This document shows positions 18,321 to 27,659 of a stretch of DNA of 64,000 bases, one piece after another (the first letter of the stretch is position 1; every line of letters starts with the position of its first letter). Made by a program: the position numbers and the translations under genes. The notes under the pieces are model-generated. The model ran no database searches and was not told the origin of the DNA. It saw only the letters and a program-made list of their open reading frames with translations. Source of the DNA: Anaerolineae bacterium (lineage in GTDB: Bacteria > Chloroflexota > Anaerolineae > Fen-1058); the NCBI GenBank assembly GCA_041300525.1, contig JBGLNJ010000001.1:748854-812853 (forward strand), in the 5' to 3' direction.

Positions 18321-19112
18321 ATGGCAGCCAAACGAACCTACCTGATCCTTTTCGGCGCGCAAGGTTCCGGCAAGGGCACACAGGCGCGGATGTTGCAAGA
18401 GTGGCTGGGTGTGCCGCAGGTGGCGACGGGCGATTTGTTCCGCGCGAACCTGGGTCAGGGCACCGAGTTGGGAAAACTTGCCAAGTCGTACATGGATCGC
18501 GGCGAGTTGGTGCCCGATAGTGTGACGGTGGCAATGGTCGAAGATCGGCTCTCACAGCCGGACGCGGCGAAAGGCGCGATTTTTGATGGCTTTCCGCGCA
18601 ACCTGGCGCAGGCTGAGGCGCTCGACGCGATGTTGGCCCAGTGGAACACGGGCATCAAGGCGGCGGTGTACATTCAGCTCGACCGCGATGACCTGATGAA
18701 GCGCATCACGGGCCGGCGCACGTGCAAGAATTGTCAGGCGGTCTATCACGTCGAGTTCACTCCGCCGAAAGTGGCTGGGGTGTGCGATGCGTGCGGCGGT
18801 GAGGTCGTTGAGCGCGCTGACGACGCAGACAAAGTTGCGGTAGCCCGCCGGTTGGATATTTACTTTGAGCAGACCACGCCGGTGATTGATCACTATCGCG
18901 GCAAAAAGCTGCTGAAAGAAGTGGATGGCAGCCTGGGCATTGAAACGGTGCAGCAGGCCATGCGAGCGGCGATCAAGCCGAAACCGGCGCGCAAGGCCAA
19001 GCCGGCAGCCAGGCCCGTCAAGAAGGTGGCCAAGAAGGTGACCAAGAAAGCATCGGTCAAGAAGGCCAAGCCTGTGAAAAAGGCTGCGACCCAGAAAGCT
19101 ACACGCAAGTAG
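18321..19112 (+). CDS. adk: Adenylate kinase (Cys4 Zn lid) with a ~45-aa Lys/Ala/Pro-rich C-terminal tail
   Basis: Start at MAAKRTYLILFGAQGSGKGTQ, preceded by RBS GGAGAAGGGAGAGG. Lid CKNCQ...CDACGG. Tail KPKPARKAKPAARPVKKVAKKVTKKASVKKAKPVKKAATQKATRK. Confidence 0.9.
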   Translation: MAAKRTYLILFGAQGSGKGTQARMLQEWLGVPQVATGDLFRANLGQGTELGKLAKSYMDRGELVPDSVTVAMVEDRLSQPDAAKGAIFDGFPRNLAQAEALDAMLAQWNTGIKAAVYIQLDRDDLMKRITGRRTCKNCQAVYHVEFTPPKVAGVCDACGGEVVERADDADKVAVARRLDIYFEQTTPVIDHYRGKKLLKEVDGSLGIETVQQAMRAAIKPKPARKAKPAARPVKKVAKKVTKKASVKKAKPVKKAATQKATRK

Positions 19113-19120
19113 GGATTGGA

Positions 19121-19151
19121 GACCTGACAGGTTTCTAAAGCCTGTCAGGTC
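19121..19151 (+). other. Perfect 11-bp stem hairpin (GACCTGACAGG-N9-CCTGTCAGGTC) between adk and map
   Basis: Read directly from the sequence. No T-run follows. Confidence 0.4.
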
Positions 19152-19163
19152 TGAACCGGTTCT

Positions 19164-19934
19164 TTGACAATGCCCGTTGTTTTGAAATCGCCCCGCGAGT
19201 TGGAGTTGATGCGCCAGGCGGGTCACATTGTGGCCGAGGTGCTGGCACTGATGGGTGAGATGGTCAGGCCCGGCGTGACAACGGCAGAGTTGAACGCCGC
19301 CGCCGATGCGCTCATCCGCAAGCGCGGCGCGGCGCCGTCGTTCAAGGGGTATCACGGCTTCCCGGCTTCGATTTGCGCGTCCGTCAATACAGAGGTCGTG
19401 CATGGCATTCCGAGCAAGAAGCGCGCGTTGCGCGAGGGCGACCTGATCAGCGTGGACGTGGGAGCGATTTACAAGGGGTACCACGGCGACGCGGCGATGA
19501 CCTACTGCGTGGGCGCGCCCACACCGGAACAGCAGCGGCTGATGGATGTGACGCAGCAAGCGCTGGGGGTGGGCATTGTCCGGGCGCGCGCGGGGAATCG
19601 GCTGTGGGATATTATCCGCGCCATCGAAACGACGGTGCACGCAGCCGGGTACGATGTGCTGCACAACTATCAGGGGCACGGCATCGGACGCGAGATGCAC
19701 GAAGACCCCGGCATCCCGAACTCGCTGTCCGATTCGCGCGGGCGGCCGCCGAACTTGCTCCTGAGGCCGGGGATCACGCTGGCGATTGAGCCGATGGTCG
19801 TGATGGGCAGCGGCGAGCCGAGAGTCCTGGGCGATAATTGGACGGTGGTTTCAGCGGATGGAACGCTCTCGGCGCATTTTGAGCACACGATCGCGATTAC
19901 GAACGGCGAAGCGGAAATCTTGACAAAGTTGTAA
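19164..19934 (+). CDS. map: Type I methionine aminopeptidase
   Basis: 256 aa with MetAP-I metal-ligand motifs (…D…D…H…E…E). The ORF starts on TTG at 19164; the ATG at 19170 is an alternative. Confidence 0.9.
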   Translation: MTMPVVLKSPRELELMRQAGHIVAEVLALMGEMVRPGVTTAELNAAADALIRKRGAAPSFKGYHGFPASICASVNTEVVHGIPSKKRALREGDLISVDVGAIYKGYHGDAAMTYCVGAPTPEQQRLMDVTQQALGVGIVRARAGNRLWDIIRAIETTVHAAGYDVLHNYQGHGIGREMHEDPGIPNSLSDSRGRPPNLLLRPGITLAIEPMVVMGSGEPRVLGDNWTVVSADGTLSAHFEHTIAITNGEAEILTKL

Positions 19935-20033
19935 GGAGTGTCGAATGTCGAGTTCCGAATGTCGAATTTGGAGTTGCACATTTCTCTCATTCGACATTCG
20001 TCAATTGACACTCGACATTCGAGGGGGGTGAGC
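19935..20033. repeat. Inverted heptamer-array hairpin (GTCGAAT/CGAATGT ... CATTCGA units) filling the map-rpmJ spacer where infA normally sits
   Basis: GTCGAATGTCGAGTTCCGAATGTCGAAT ... CATTCGACATTCGTCAATTGACACTCGACATTCG. Its translation forms the spurious N-terminal extension of the rpmJ-frame ORF. Confidence 0.6.
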
Positions 20034-20147
20034 ATGAAAGTAACAGCGTCCGTCAAAAAGCGCTGTCCCAAGTGCAAGATCGTTCGGCGCAAAGGTATCC
20101 TGCGCGTCATTTGTGAGAATCCGAAGCACAAGCAACGGCAAGGGTAG
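20034..20147 (+). CDS. rpmJ: Ribosomal protein L36
   Basis: [37 protein letters not shown] (37 aa), the canonical L36 sequence. Confidence 0.85.
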   Translation: MKVTASVKKRCPKCKIVRRKGILRVICENPKHKQRQG

Positions 20148-20185
20148 TGGGCGTCATTTGACGCCGACTGTAGTGGAGGAATGAC

Positions 20186-20575
20186 ATGGCACGTATCGCA
20201 GGTGTGGACCTGCCCCGCAACAAGCGGGTGGAAATCGGCCTGACCTATATTTATGGGATCGGCGTGCCGAGCAGCCAAAGGATTCTGGCGCAGGCTGGCA
20301 TCAATCCCGACACGCGCATCAAAGACCTGTCCGAGGCCGAAGTCGGTCTGTTGCGCGAGGTCATCGAGAAGCAGTATAGGGTCGAAGGCGACCTGCGCCG
20401 CGAAGTCTCGATGAACATCAAGCGCATGACGGAAATCGGATGCTATCGCGGCCTGCGTCACCGGCGCAACTTGCCGGTGCATGGGCAACGCACGCGCACC
20501 AACGCGCGCACCAAGCGAGGCGTCAAAAAGACCGTGCCAGGGCGCGGCCGACGGCGCGGAGCGAAGAAGAAGTAA
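20186..20575 (+). CDS. rpsM: Ribosomal protein S13
   Basis: [26 protein letters not shown]... Confidence 0.95.
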   Translation: MARIAGVDLPRNKRVEIGLTYIYGIGVPSSQRILAQAGINPDTRIKDLSEAEVGLLREVIEKQYRVEGDLRREVSMNIKRMTEIGCYRGLRHRRNLPVHGQRTRTNARTKRGVKKTVPGRGRRRGAKKK

Positions 20576-20587
20576 GCAGGAGGATGA

Positions 20588-20983
20588 ATGGGGCGCAGTC
20601 AACGAGTCAAGCGGACAACCAAGAAAGCCAAGCGGACCGTTTCGCACGGCCAGGCGCACGTCCACGCGACGTTCAACAACACGATTGTCACCATCACCGA
20701 TGGGCAAGGCAACGCCGTGTCCTGGGGCAGCGCGGGCATGGCCGGCTTTAAAGGCAGCCGGAAGAGCACGCCCTACGCCGCCCGGATGGCCGCGCAGTCG
20801 GCGGCCAAGACCGCGATGGACATGGGCATGATGGAAATTGACATCCTTGTCAAAGGGCCTGGCCCTGGACGCGAGCAGGCCATTCGCACATTGCAGTCCG
20901 CCGGCTTGAGGGTCACTTCGATCACCGATGTGACGCCGGTTCCGCACAACGGTTGTCGTCCGCCAAAGAAGCGAAGAGTGTAG
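20588..20983 (+). CDS. rpsK: Ribosomal protein S11
   Basis: ...[23 protein letters not shown]...; 131 aa. Confidence 0.95.
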   Translation: MGRSQRVKRTTKKAKRTVSHGQAHVHATFNNTIVTITDGQGNAVSWGSAGMAGFKGSRKSTPYAARMAAQSAAKTAMDMGMMEIDILVKGPGPGREQAIRTLQSAGLRVTSITDVTPVPHNGCRPPKKRRV

Positions 20984-21091
20984 CCGATCAGTGATCAGTT
21001 ACTCTGTCAATCAGTTCTCAGTTATGGTTGGCCGAGTGACTGATTGACTGTTTACCGAGTAACTGAGCAACGATTACTATCAGGAGGAAGC
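20984..21091. repeat. Heptamer-periodic intergenic repeat (GATCAGT / ACTGATTGAC / CCGAGTAACTGAGCAAC motifs). It shares the 17-mer CCGAGTGACTGATTGAC with 23174..23254.
   Basis: GATCAGTGATCAGTTACTCTGTCAATCAGTTCTCAGTTATGGTTGGCCGAGTGACTGATTGACTGTTTACCGAGTAACTGAGCAACGATTAC between rpsK and rpsD. Confidence 0.6.
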
Positions 21092-21739
21092 ATGGCTCGA
21101 ATGATAGGGCCAGTGTGTAAACTGTGTCGTCGGGAAGGCGAGAAGCTGTTCTTGAAGGGCAGCCGGTGCGTGTCGCCCAAGTGCGCGATTGAAAAACGCG
21201 CCTATGCGCCTGGCATGCACGGCCAGTCCGGACAGTTCAAGCGAAGCCGCTCTTCCGACTATAGTGTGCAGTTGAGGGAAAAGCAAAAGGCGCGCCGCAT
21301 CTATGGTGTGCTGGAGAAGCAGTTCCGCCGCTATTTCACCCTGGCGCAACGCAGCAAGGGCCTGACCGGCGCGACGCTGTTGATGATTTTGGAGATCCGG
21401 TTGGATAACGTGGTGTACCGGATGGGCCTGGCCGAGTCCCGCCCTCAGGCGCGGCAGCTTGTCCAGCACGGTCACCTGGATGTGAATGGAGTTCGCACCA
21501 ACACGCCGGCCCATTTGCTCAAAGCGGGCGACGTCGTGAGCCTGCATCCTTCCAGTCGGGACACCGCCTACTTTAAGACGCTGGCCAAGGATATGGAAAA
21601 CCGACCGGCCTCGCCGCAGTGGTTGAGTGTGGATCCGGTCGGGTTGTCGGGGCGTGTGTTGCATCTGCCTTCGCGCGAAGAGCTTGATCTTTCGCTGAAT
21701 GAGCAGTTAATCGTCGAGTACTATTCGCGCAGGCTCTAG
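21092..21739 (+). CDS. rpsD: Ribosomal protein S4
   Basis: Start at [23 protein letters not shown] with RBS AGGAGGA; zinc-ribbon Cys motif. Confidence 0.9.
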   Translation: MARMIGPVCKLCRREGEKLFLKGSRCVSPKCAIEKRAYAPGMHGQSGQFKRSRSSDYSVQLREKQKARRIYGVLEKQFRRYFTLAQRSKGLTGATLLMILEIRLDNVVYRMGLAESRPQARQLVQHGHLDVNGVRTNTPAHLLKAGDVVSLHPSSRDTAYFKTLAKDMENRPASPQWLSVDPVGLSGRVLHLPSREELDLSLNEQLIVEYYSRRL

Positions 21740-21783
21740 TCCGTGCCGATGGAACTCTTTGTCATGCCAAATGGAGGCGTCAC

Positions 21784-22779
21784 TTGGCTAGCCTGAGTAT
21801 GGTTCTACCCAAGATCGAATGCGACGCCAGTTCCAAGAACTATGGGCGTTACATTATCGGGCCGCTGGAAAGCGGTTATGGCATTACGCTGGGCAATGCG
21901 CTGCGGCGCGTGCTGCTAAGCTCGTTGCCCGGCGCAGCGATTGCCTCCATCCGGCTGAGCGATGTCCATCACGAGTTTACGGACATCCCGCACGTGAGGG
22001 AGGACATGACCCAGATCATCCTGCAAGTCAAGCAGTTGCGGGTCAAGCTGACGGGTGAGGAACCTGTTCGCTTGCGGCTGGGCGTGCGGGGTGAAGGAAC
22101 GGTCACGGCGGGTGACATCCAGTGTCCGCCGGAAGTCGAGATCATCAACCCGGACCTGTACCTGTTCACGGTGGATAGTGACAAGGCCCGGCTGGAGATG
22201 GAACTGACCGTCGAGCCGGGGCGCGGGTACAGCCCGGCGGATGAGCGGGGGCGGCTGCCCATCGGCGAGTTGCCCGTGGATGCGATCTTTAGTCCCGTGC
22301 GCAAGTGCAACTATGAGATCGAGCGCGCGCGCGTCGGCCAGATGACGAACTATGACAAGCTCATCATGGAAATCTGGACGGACGGCACGCTTCGCCCGCA
22401 AGAGGCGCTCAGCCGCGCCGCACGTATCCTGGTTCAGCATTTCCAGTTGATCTCTGGCGTGACTGAAGAAATCAAGCTGGAAGAAGTGCCGCAGGCGACC
22501 ACGACTATCTCGCAGGAAATCTATGAAACGCCGATCGAGCAGCTCGACCTTTCCGTGCGGGTGTTCAACTCGCTCAAGCGCACCGGCATCACCAACGTGG
22601 GCGAAGTGCTCGAAATGTTGGGCCGGGGTGAAGAGGCCATGTTGACGATCCGCAACTTTGGACAAAAGTCGCTGACCGAGCTTCGCGAAAAGCTGATCGC
22701 CAAGAACTTTTTGAAGGAAGCCGACATGCCACCGGTGGTGATTACGGAAGGCGACGGCGATTCGGAGCAAGAAGAATAG
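21784..22779 (+). CDS. rpoA: DNA-directed RNA polymerase alpha subunit
   Basis: 331 aa with N-terminal assembly domain and alpha-CTD (VRVFNSLKRTGITNVGEV). Confidence 0.95.
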   Translation: MASLSMVLPKIECDASSKNYGRYIIGPLESGYGITLGNALRRVLLSSLPGAAIASIRLSDVHHEFTDIPHVREDMTQIILQVKQLRVKLTGEEPVRLRLGVRGEGTVTAGDIQCPPEVEIINPDLYLFTVDSDKARLEMELTVEPGRGYSPADERGRLPIGELPVDAIFSPVRKCNYEIERARVGQMTNYDKLIMEIWTDGTLRPQEALSRAARILVQHFQLISGVTEEIKLEEVPQATTTISQEIYETPIEQLDLSVRVFNSLKRTGITNVGEVLEMLGRGEEAMLTIRNFGQKSLTELREKLIAKNFLKEADMPPVVITEGDGDSEQEE

Positions 22780-22792
22780 AGGACGTGACACG

Positions 22793-23173
22793 ATGCGACA
22801 TCGAGTAGCTGGCAAGAAACTAAGCCGAACAGCCGATCAGCGCCTGGCGCTGCGGCGCACTTTGATCACCGATCTGTTTCGGTATGGCGCGCTCCAGACG
22901 ACGGAAGCCAAGATTGACGCTATTCGCGGCGCCGCCGAAAAGCTGATCACCAAGGCCAAACGCAGCCTCGCGGCGGGCGACCCGATCAAGGTCGTCAATG
23001 CGCGCCGCCTGGCCGCCGCGCAGTTGACCGACCCAGAGATCGTCAAGAAGCTGTTTGACGAGATCGCGCCCCGGTACGCCGAGCGTCCGGGCGGGTATAC
23101 CAGCGTCCGCAAGTTGGGCCGGCGATTGGGTGACGCCGCGCCGATAGCTTTGCTGGCATTGATCGAGGAGTAG
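22793..23173 (+). CDS. rplQ: Ribosomal protein L17
   Basis: MRHRVAGKKLSRTADQRLALRRTLITDLFRYGALQTTEAK... Confidence 0.9.
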   Translation: MRHRVAGKKLSRTADQRLALRRTLITDLFRYGALQTTEAKIDAIRGAAEKLITKAKRSLAAGDPIKVVNARRLAAAQLTDPEIVKKLFDEIAPRYAERPGGYTSVRKLGRRLGDAAPIALLALIEE

Positions 23174-23254
23174 GTAGTCAATCAGTCGCTCAACTAATCA
23201 GTAATCGGTGACTGAGTAACTGATTGACTGAGCAACTGATCACCGAGTGACTGA
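23174..23254. repeat. Heptamer-periodic intergenic repeat, second copy of the family seen at 20984..21091
   Basis: GTAGTCAATCAGTCGCTCAACTAATCAGTAATCGGTGACTGAGTAACTGATTGACTGAGCAACTGATCACCGAGTGACTGATTGACC. Confidence 0.6.
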
Positions 23255-23992
23255 TTGACCAGGTATAAAGCGACCATCGCGTATGACGGGACGGACTATC
23301 ACGGCTTTCAGCGCCAGGCTCCAGAGCATGAACCGACGATTCAAGGTGAAATAGAGCGGGCGCTGACCCAGATCGGCCAGCCGGGTGTCACCATCCTGGG
23401 CAGCGGGCGCACAGACGCAGGCGTTCACGCCAGCGGTCAAGTGATTGCGTTTAGCGCCGAATGGCGGCACAGCCGGCAAGACTTGCAACGCGCGCTCAAC
23501 GCGACACTCCCGGCGGACATTGCCGTGCTGGACCTGGACGAAGCGGCTTGCGATTTTCACCCGCGTTACGACGCGGTGAGCCGCGAGTACGTTTACACGA
23601 TTTACAATGCGCCTGTGCGGCATCCGCTTTACCGGTTGAACGCGCTGCACATCGCCGATCTACTCGATGTGAAAGCGATGGATGCAGCGGCGGCAGAGCT
23701 GGTAGGCGAGCATGACTTTGCCGCCTTTGGCCTTCCGACGGCAGGAGATGTCACCGTCCGGCGGATGCTGCGAGCGGAATGTCGAGCCGAGTTGCCGTTG
23801 GTGCGGCTGGAACTGGAAGCGAATGGCTTTCTGTACCGCATGGTGCGCAGCATTGCTGGGACGCTGCTCCTGGTAGGGCGGGGCGAGATGACGCGGGATC
23901 AGTTTCGCGCCGTGATGGAATCGCGCGACCGTTCCCGCGCTGGCGCGCCGGTTCCGCCGCAAGGGTTGTGTCTGACGCGCGTGAACTATTGA
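23255..23992 (+). CDS. truA: tRNA pseudouridine(38-40) synthase TruA
   Basis: ...YKATIAYDGTDYHGFQRQ..., including the catalytic Asp region; TTG start. Confidence 0.85.
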   Translation: MTRYKATIAYDGTDYHGFQRQAPEHEPTIQGEIERALTQIGQPGVTILGSGRTDAGVHASGQVIAFSAEWRHSRQDLQRALNATLPADIAVLDLDEAACDFHPRYDAVSREYVYTIYNAPVRHPLYRLNALHIADLLDVKAMDAAAAELVGEHDFAAFGLPTAGDVTVRRMLRAECRAELPLVRLELEANGFLYRMVRSIAGTLLLVGRGEMTRDQFRAVMESRDRSRAGAPVPPQGLCLTRVNY

Positions 23993-24042
23993 CCGATCTG
24001 TAGGGCGATGCGCTTGGCGCCATATCGCCCGGAGTTGAGGAA

Positions 24043-24477
24043 TTGACCGTGAATACATTCGTAACTAAACCAAACGACATCAAACATGATTGGTACGTCG
24101 TGGATGCGCAGGGGCGGACGCTGGGCCGCCTGGCGACCCGCATTGCCACTGTGTTGAAAGGCAAGCACAAGCCCATCTACAGCCCTTCGATGGACACGGG
24201 CGACTATGTGGTTGTCATCAACGCAGAGAAGATCGTTGCCACCGGGCACAAGCTGGACGAAAAGATGTACTATCGTCACACGGGTTATCCTGGCGGTCTG
24301 CGGCAGATTAACTTGCGCGACCAACTGGCCAAGCACCCGGAGCGCGTGATTTCGGCGGCGGTGCGCGGGATGTTGCCGCATAACCGGCTGGGCCGCGCCA
24401 TGTTCAAGAAGCTGAAGGTGTATGCCGGGGCGGAGCATCCGCACGCGGCGCACAAGCCAAAGACGTTGGCACTGTGA
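24043..24477 (+). CDS. rplM: Ribosomal protein L13
   Basis: ...[29 protein letters not shown]... Confidence 0.9.
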   Translation: MTVNTFVTKPNDIKHDWYVVDAQGRTLGRLATRIATVLKGKHKPIYSPSMDTGDYVVVINAEKIVATGHKLDEKMYYRHTGYPGGLRQINLRDQLAKHPERVISAAVRGMLPHNRLGRAMFKKLKVYAGAEHPHAAHKPKTLAL

Positions 24478-24555
24478 TTAAGAGTTCCAAAGAGCTTTGA
24501 GTTACTGTTGTGAACGGGAGGCTCGGAGGAACTGCCGGGAACTGGGAGAAAAAGT

Positions 24556-24954
24556 ATGGCAGAACAACAGTATTATGAAGGCATTGGACGGCGCAAGACT
24601 TCGACGGCGCGTGTGCGGTTGCACGTGGGCGGCACCGGCGATATGACCGTCAACGACAAAACCGGCCCGGAATACTTTACGCGCGAGCAGGATTTCCGGC
24701 GATTGGGCGAGTTGCTGACGGCGACAGGCACGGAGGGCCGCTACAATATCACCGTCCATGTGGGCGGTGGCGGCGTCACCGGCCAGGCCGATGCGGCGCG
24801 GATGGGTCTGGCCCGCGCCTTGGTCAAGCTTGACCCGACCTTCCGCGAAGTATTGCGGCGTGGCGGCGCGCTTACTCGCGACGCGCGGGCAAAGGAACGC
24901 AAAAAGCCCGGCCTCAAGCGAGCACGCAAGGCCCCACAGTACACCAAGCGCTAG
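24556..24954 (+). CDS. rpsI: Ribosomal protein S9
   Basis: ...GRRKTSTARVRL..., C-terminal ...KAPQYTKR. Confidence 0.95.
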   Translation: MAEQQYYEGIGRRKTSTARVRLHVGGTGDMTVNDKTGPEYFTREQDFRRLGELLTATGTEGRYNITVHVGGGGVTGQADAARMGLARALVKLDPTFREVLRRGGALTRDARAKERKKPGLKRARKAPQYTKR

Positions 24955-25001
24955 ACTGTTCACGCGCCACATCGCAAGGCGCGGCGCATGGCAAACTGTT
25001 T

Positions 25002-25038
25002 CAGAGGCAAGGCATTTCGCCTTGCCTCTTTGCCTTTT
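25002..25038 (+). terminator. Rho-independent terminator after rpsI
   Basis: GAGGCAAGGC-ATTTC-GCCTTGCCTC stem followed by TTTGCCTTTT. Confidence 0.6.
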
Positions 25039-25201
25039 GGCTGACTTGTCTCTATGGTATAATCGTGTTGTTGGGTGGCTTTGCTCAGGAATGGTAATAG
25101 GCGCGATGAAGAATGGCAGACCCTAGCCGCAGGTTCACCGATTGTGTTCTCCACCCCGAAGGCAGATAATGTTTCGACCGCAGCAGCACAACGGAGATGG
25201 C

Positions 25202-26035
25202 ATGAGCAACACAAACAAAACCATCTTGGTTACCGGCGCTTCCAGTGGCATTGGCCTGGAGACGGCCTTGTATTTTTTTGAGCGGGGGTGGAATGTCATT
25301 GCCACGATGCGCCATCCCGAAAAGCGCCGCACGCCGTTGCATGAAAAAGGCCTGCCGGACCTGGTGCATCTGGATGTCATGGATAGCGTTTCCATCCGCG
25401 CGGCCATTCAGTGCGCGCTCGACAAGTATCGGAAAATTGATGTGCTGGTGAACAATGCCGGCTATGCAGTCTACGGTCCGTTTGAAGGGACCACCCAGGC
25501 GCAGGTGGCACGGCAGTTCGATACTAATGTATTCGGGCTGATGGAAGTAACGCGTGAAATTCTCCCCCATTTCCGCCAGCAGAAAAGTGGAGTCCTTATC
25601 AATGTGGCATCCATGGGGGGGCGGATTGGCTTTCCACTCTATACACTCTATAACAGCACCAAGTGGGCGGTCGAGGGCTTTTCGGAGGCGCTACAATACG
25701 AGTTAAAGCCGCTGAACATCAAGGTCAAAGTAATCGAGCCGGGTGTCATCAAGACGGACTTTTATGATCGCTCAATGGAATCAGCGGACAGTACAGCCTT
25801 TGCGGAAGCTTATGGCGATATTCTGAAACGCGGACAAAATCGCTTCGACGAGACTGCAATGCGCGCAGGCTCCGCTCCACGGGTTGTGGCGCGGGCCGTT
25901 TATCAAGCCGCGACGGATGCCAGTTGGCGTCTGCGGTATCCCGTGGGCAATGACGCATGGCAGGTGTCTTTCCTGCGTTGGTTGTTGCCGGAAGGGATGT
26001 TTTACCGGCTGTTGGAGAAAGCGGTCTTGGATTAA
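25202..26035 (+). CDS. SDR family NAD(P)-dependent oxidoreductase
   Basis: Start at MSNTNKTILVTGASSGIGLE (Rossmann TGxxxGIG); YxxxK catalytic region. Confidence 0.8.
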   Translation: MSNTNKTILVTGASSGIGLETALYFFERGWNVIATMRHPEKRRTPLHEKGLPDLVHLDVMDSVSIRAAIQCALDKYRKIDVLVNNAGYAVYGPFEGTTQAQVARQFDTNVFGLMEVTREILPHFRQQKSGVLINVASMGGRIGFPLYTLYNSTKWAVEGFSEALQYELKPLNIKVKVIEPGVIKTDFYDRSMESADSTAFAEAYGDILKRGQNRFDETAMRAGSAPRVVARAVYQAATDASWRLRYPVGNDAWQVSFLRWLLPEGMFYRLLEKAVLD

Positions 26036-26173
26036 GAACTTTTAACATTTTTCGACCCTTCCTATAGCCAATCTCATCTTTGAGAGATTGCCTGTCGGAG
26101 TGCAGTGCAGTCAGTACGAGCATGGAGCGGCGCTCGGATAAAAGTGTAACAGGTGAACCAGCCAGGGAGACGC

Positions 26174-27649
26174 ATGACGATTACGATTTTGGGCCTGGGG
26201 CCGGGCGATGCCCTGCAGCTTACGCGCGAGGCGTGGCAGGCGCTAGAGACGGCCGGCGAGGTTTATCTTCGAACGGATCGCCACCCGACTGTGCCCGATC
26301 TTCCTTCGGGTCTTGTCCTACATAGTTTTGACGATTTGTACGAGCAAGCTCAAGACTTTGAGCAGGTCTATGCGACGATTGCGGAGGAGATCGTCCGGCT
26401 GGGGCAACGAGCACAAGGCGTGGTCTATGCTGTGCCGGGGCATCCGCTGGTGGGTGAGTCCACCGTCACGCGGATTTTGAAGCAGGCCGAGCAAGCCGGG
26501 CTGCCGGTGCGGATCGTCAATGGAGTCAGCTTTATCGAGCCGATTCTGAACCGGCTGGGGGTAGATGCGCTTGACGGGTTGCAGGTGTGCGATGCGCTTG
26601 ACCTGGCCGCGCGGCATCACCCGCCGCTCAATCCTGACGCGCCCGCCATCGTCGGCCAGCTCTACAGCCGCGAGGTGGCATCCGACGTCAAGCTCACGCT
26701 GATGAATCAATACCCGGACGATCACCCGGTCAAACTGTTGCACGCTGTGGGCACGCCCGAGGAGTGCGTCGAGACATCGCCGCTGTACGAGATAGATCGC
26801 AGCAATGCTCTGGATCACCTGATGTCGCTGTACATCCCGCCGCTGCCACGGCCCGGCGCGTTCGAGACGTTTCAGGAAACCATCGCTCACCTGCGCGCGC
26901 CGGACGGTTGCCCGTGGGATCGCGAGCAGACGCACGCTTCGCTGCGTCGCAACCTGCTCGAAGAAGCGTACGAAGTCTTGGACTCACTGGACGCCGATGA
27001 TCCGGCTGCGCTGCGGGAAGAGTTGGGCGACCTGCTGTTGCAGATCGTGCTGCACAGCCAGATCGCCGTCGAGGATGGCGAGTTCAGCATGGCCGACGTG
27101 GTCGCGGCGATTGACGCCAAGATCAAGCGCCGCCACCCGCACGTCTTTGGCGATGTCCAGGTGAGCGGCGTCGGAGAATTGTTTGCCAATTGGGAAGCTA
27201 TCAAAAAAGCCGAGCGCGCGGACAATGGCAATGGCGAGAGGTCTGCGCTCGACGGCGTCCCACGCGCTCTGCCCGCGCTGGCGCAGGCCGAAGCCTTTGG
27301 GGATCGTGCGTCGCGTGTGGGCTTTGATTGGCCGAGCGTGGATGGCGTGCTCGACAAAGTAGCCGAGGAAATCAACGAGATGCGAGAGGCGCACAGCGAG
27401 CCACAGCGCGCCGACGAGTTCGGCGACCTGTTGTTTGCGCTGGTCAATGTCGCGCGATGGCTAAAGATTGATCCGGAAGCCGCGCTGAAGACCGCAAATG
27501 GCAAGTTCGCTAATCGTTTCCGCCAGGTGGAAGCGCAAGCGCGGGCGCAGTCGCGCGATCTCAAGGGAATGACCCTGGCTGACCTGGACGCATTGTGGGA
27601 GTCGGCCAAGCGGAATGGCGGCCAAGCCCTTTCGCCATCGTCGCCGTAG
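26174..27649 (+). CDS. mazG: YabN-like bifunctional protein: N-terminal tetrapyrrole (corrin/porphyrin) methylase-like domain plus C-terminal MazG nucleotide pyrophosphohydrolase domains
   Basis: ITILGLGPGD methylase-fold start, followed by tandem MazG EExxE/D regions (REELGDLLLQI, ADEFGDLLFALV). Confidence 0.8.
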   Translation: MTITILGLGPGDALQLTREAWQALETAGEVYLRTDRHPTVPDLPSGLVLHSFDDLYEQAQDFEQVYATIAEEIVRLGQRAQGVVYAVPGHPLVGESTVTRILKQAEQAGLPVRIVNGVSFIEPILNRLGVDALDGLQVCDALDLAARHHPPLNPDAPAIVGQLYSREVASDVKLTLMNQYPDDHPVKLLHAVGTPEECVETSPLYEIDRSNALDHLMSLYIPPLPRPGAFETFQETIAHLRAPDGCPWDREQTHASLRRNLLEEAYEVLDSLDADDPAALREELGDLLLQIVLHSQIAVEDGEFSMADVVAAIDAKIKRRHPHVFGDVQVSGVGELFANWEAIKKAERADNGNGERSALDGVPRALPALAQAEAFGDRASRVGFDWPSVDGVLDKVAEEINEMREAHSEPQRADEFGDLLFALVNVARWLKIDPEAALKTANGKFANRFRQVEAQARAQSRDLKGMTLADLDALWESAKRNGGQALSPSSP

Positions 27650-27659
27650 GAGGGCCTCT

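Noticed and set aside
18552-20947. Minus-strand ORFs of 382 aa (18552..19700) and 425 aa (19670..20947) across adk/map/rpmJ/rpsM/rpsK
   Set aside because: Antisense to universally conserved ribosomal-cluster genes. Compositionally Arg/Ala-rich, with no homology signal.
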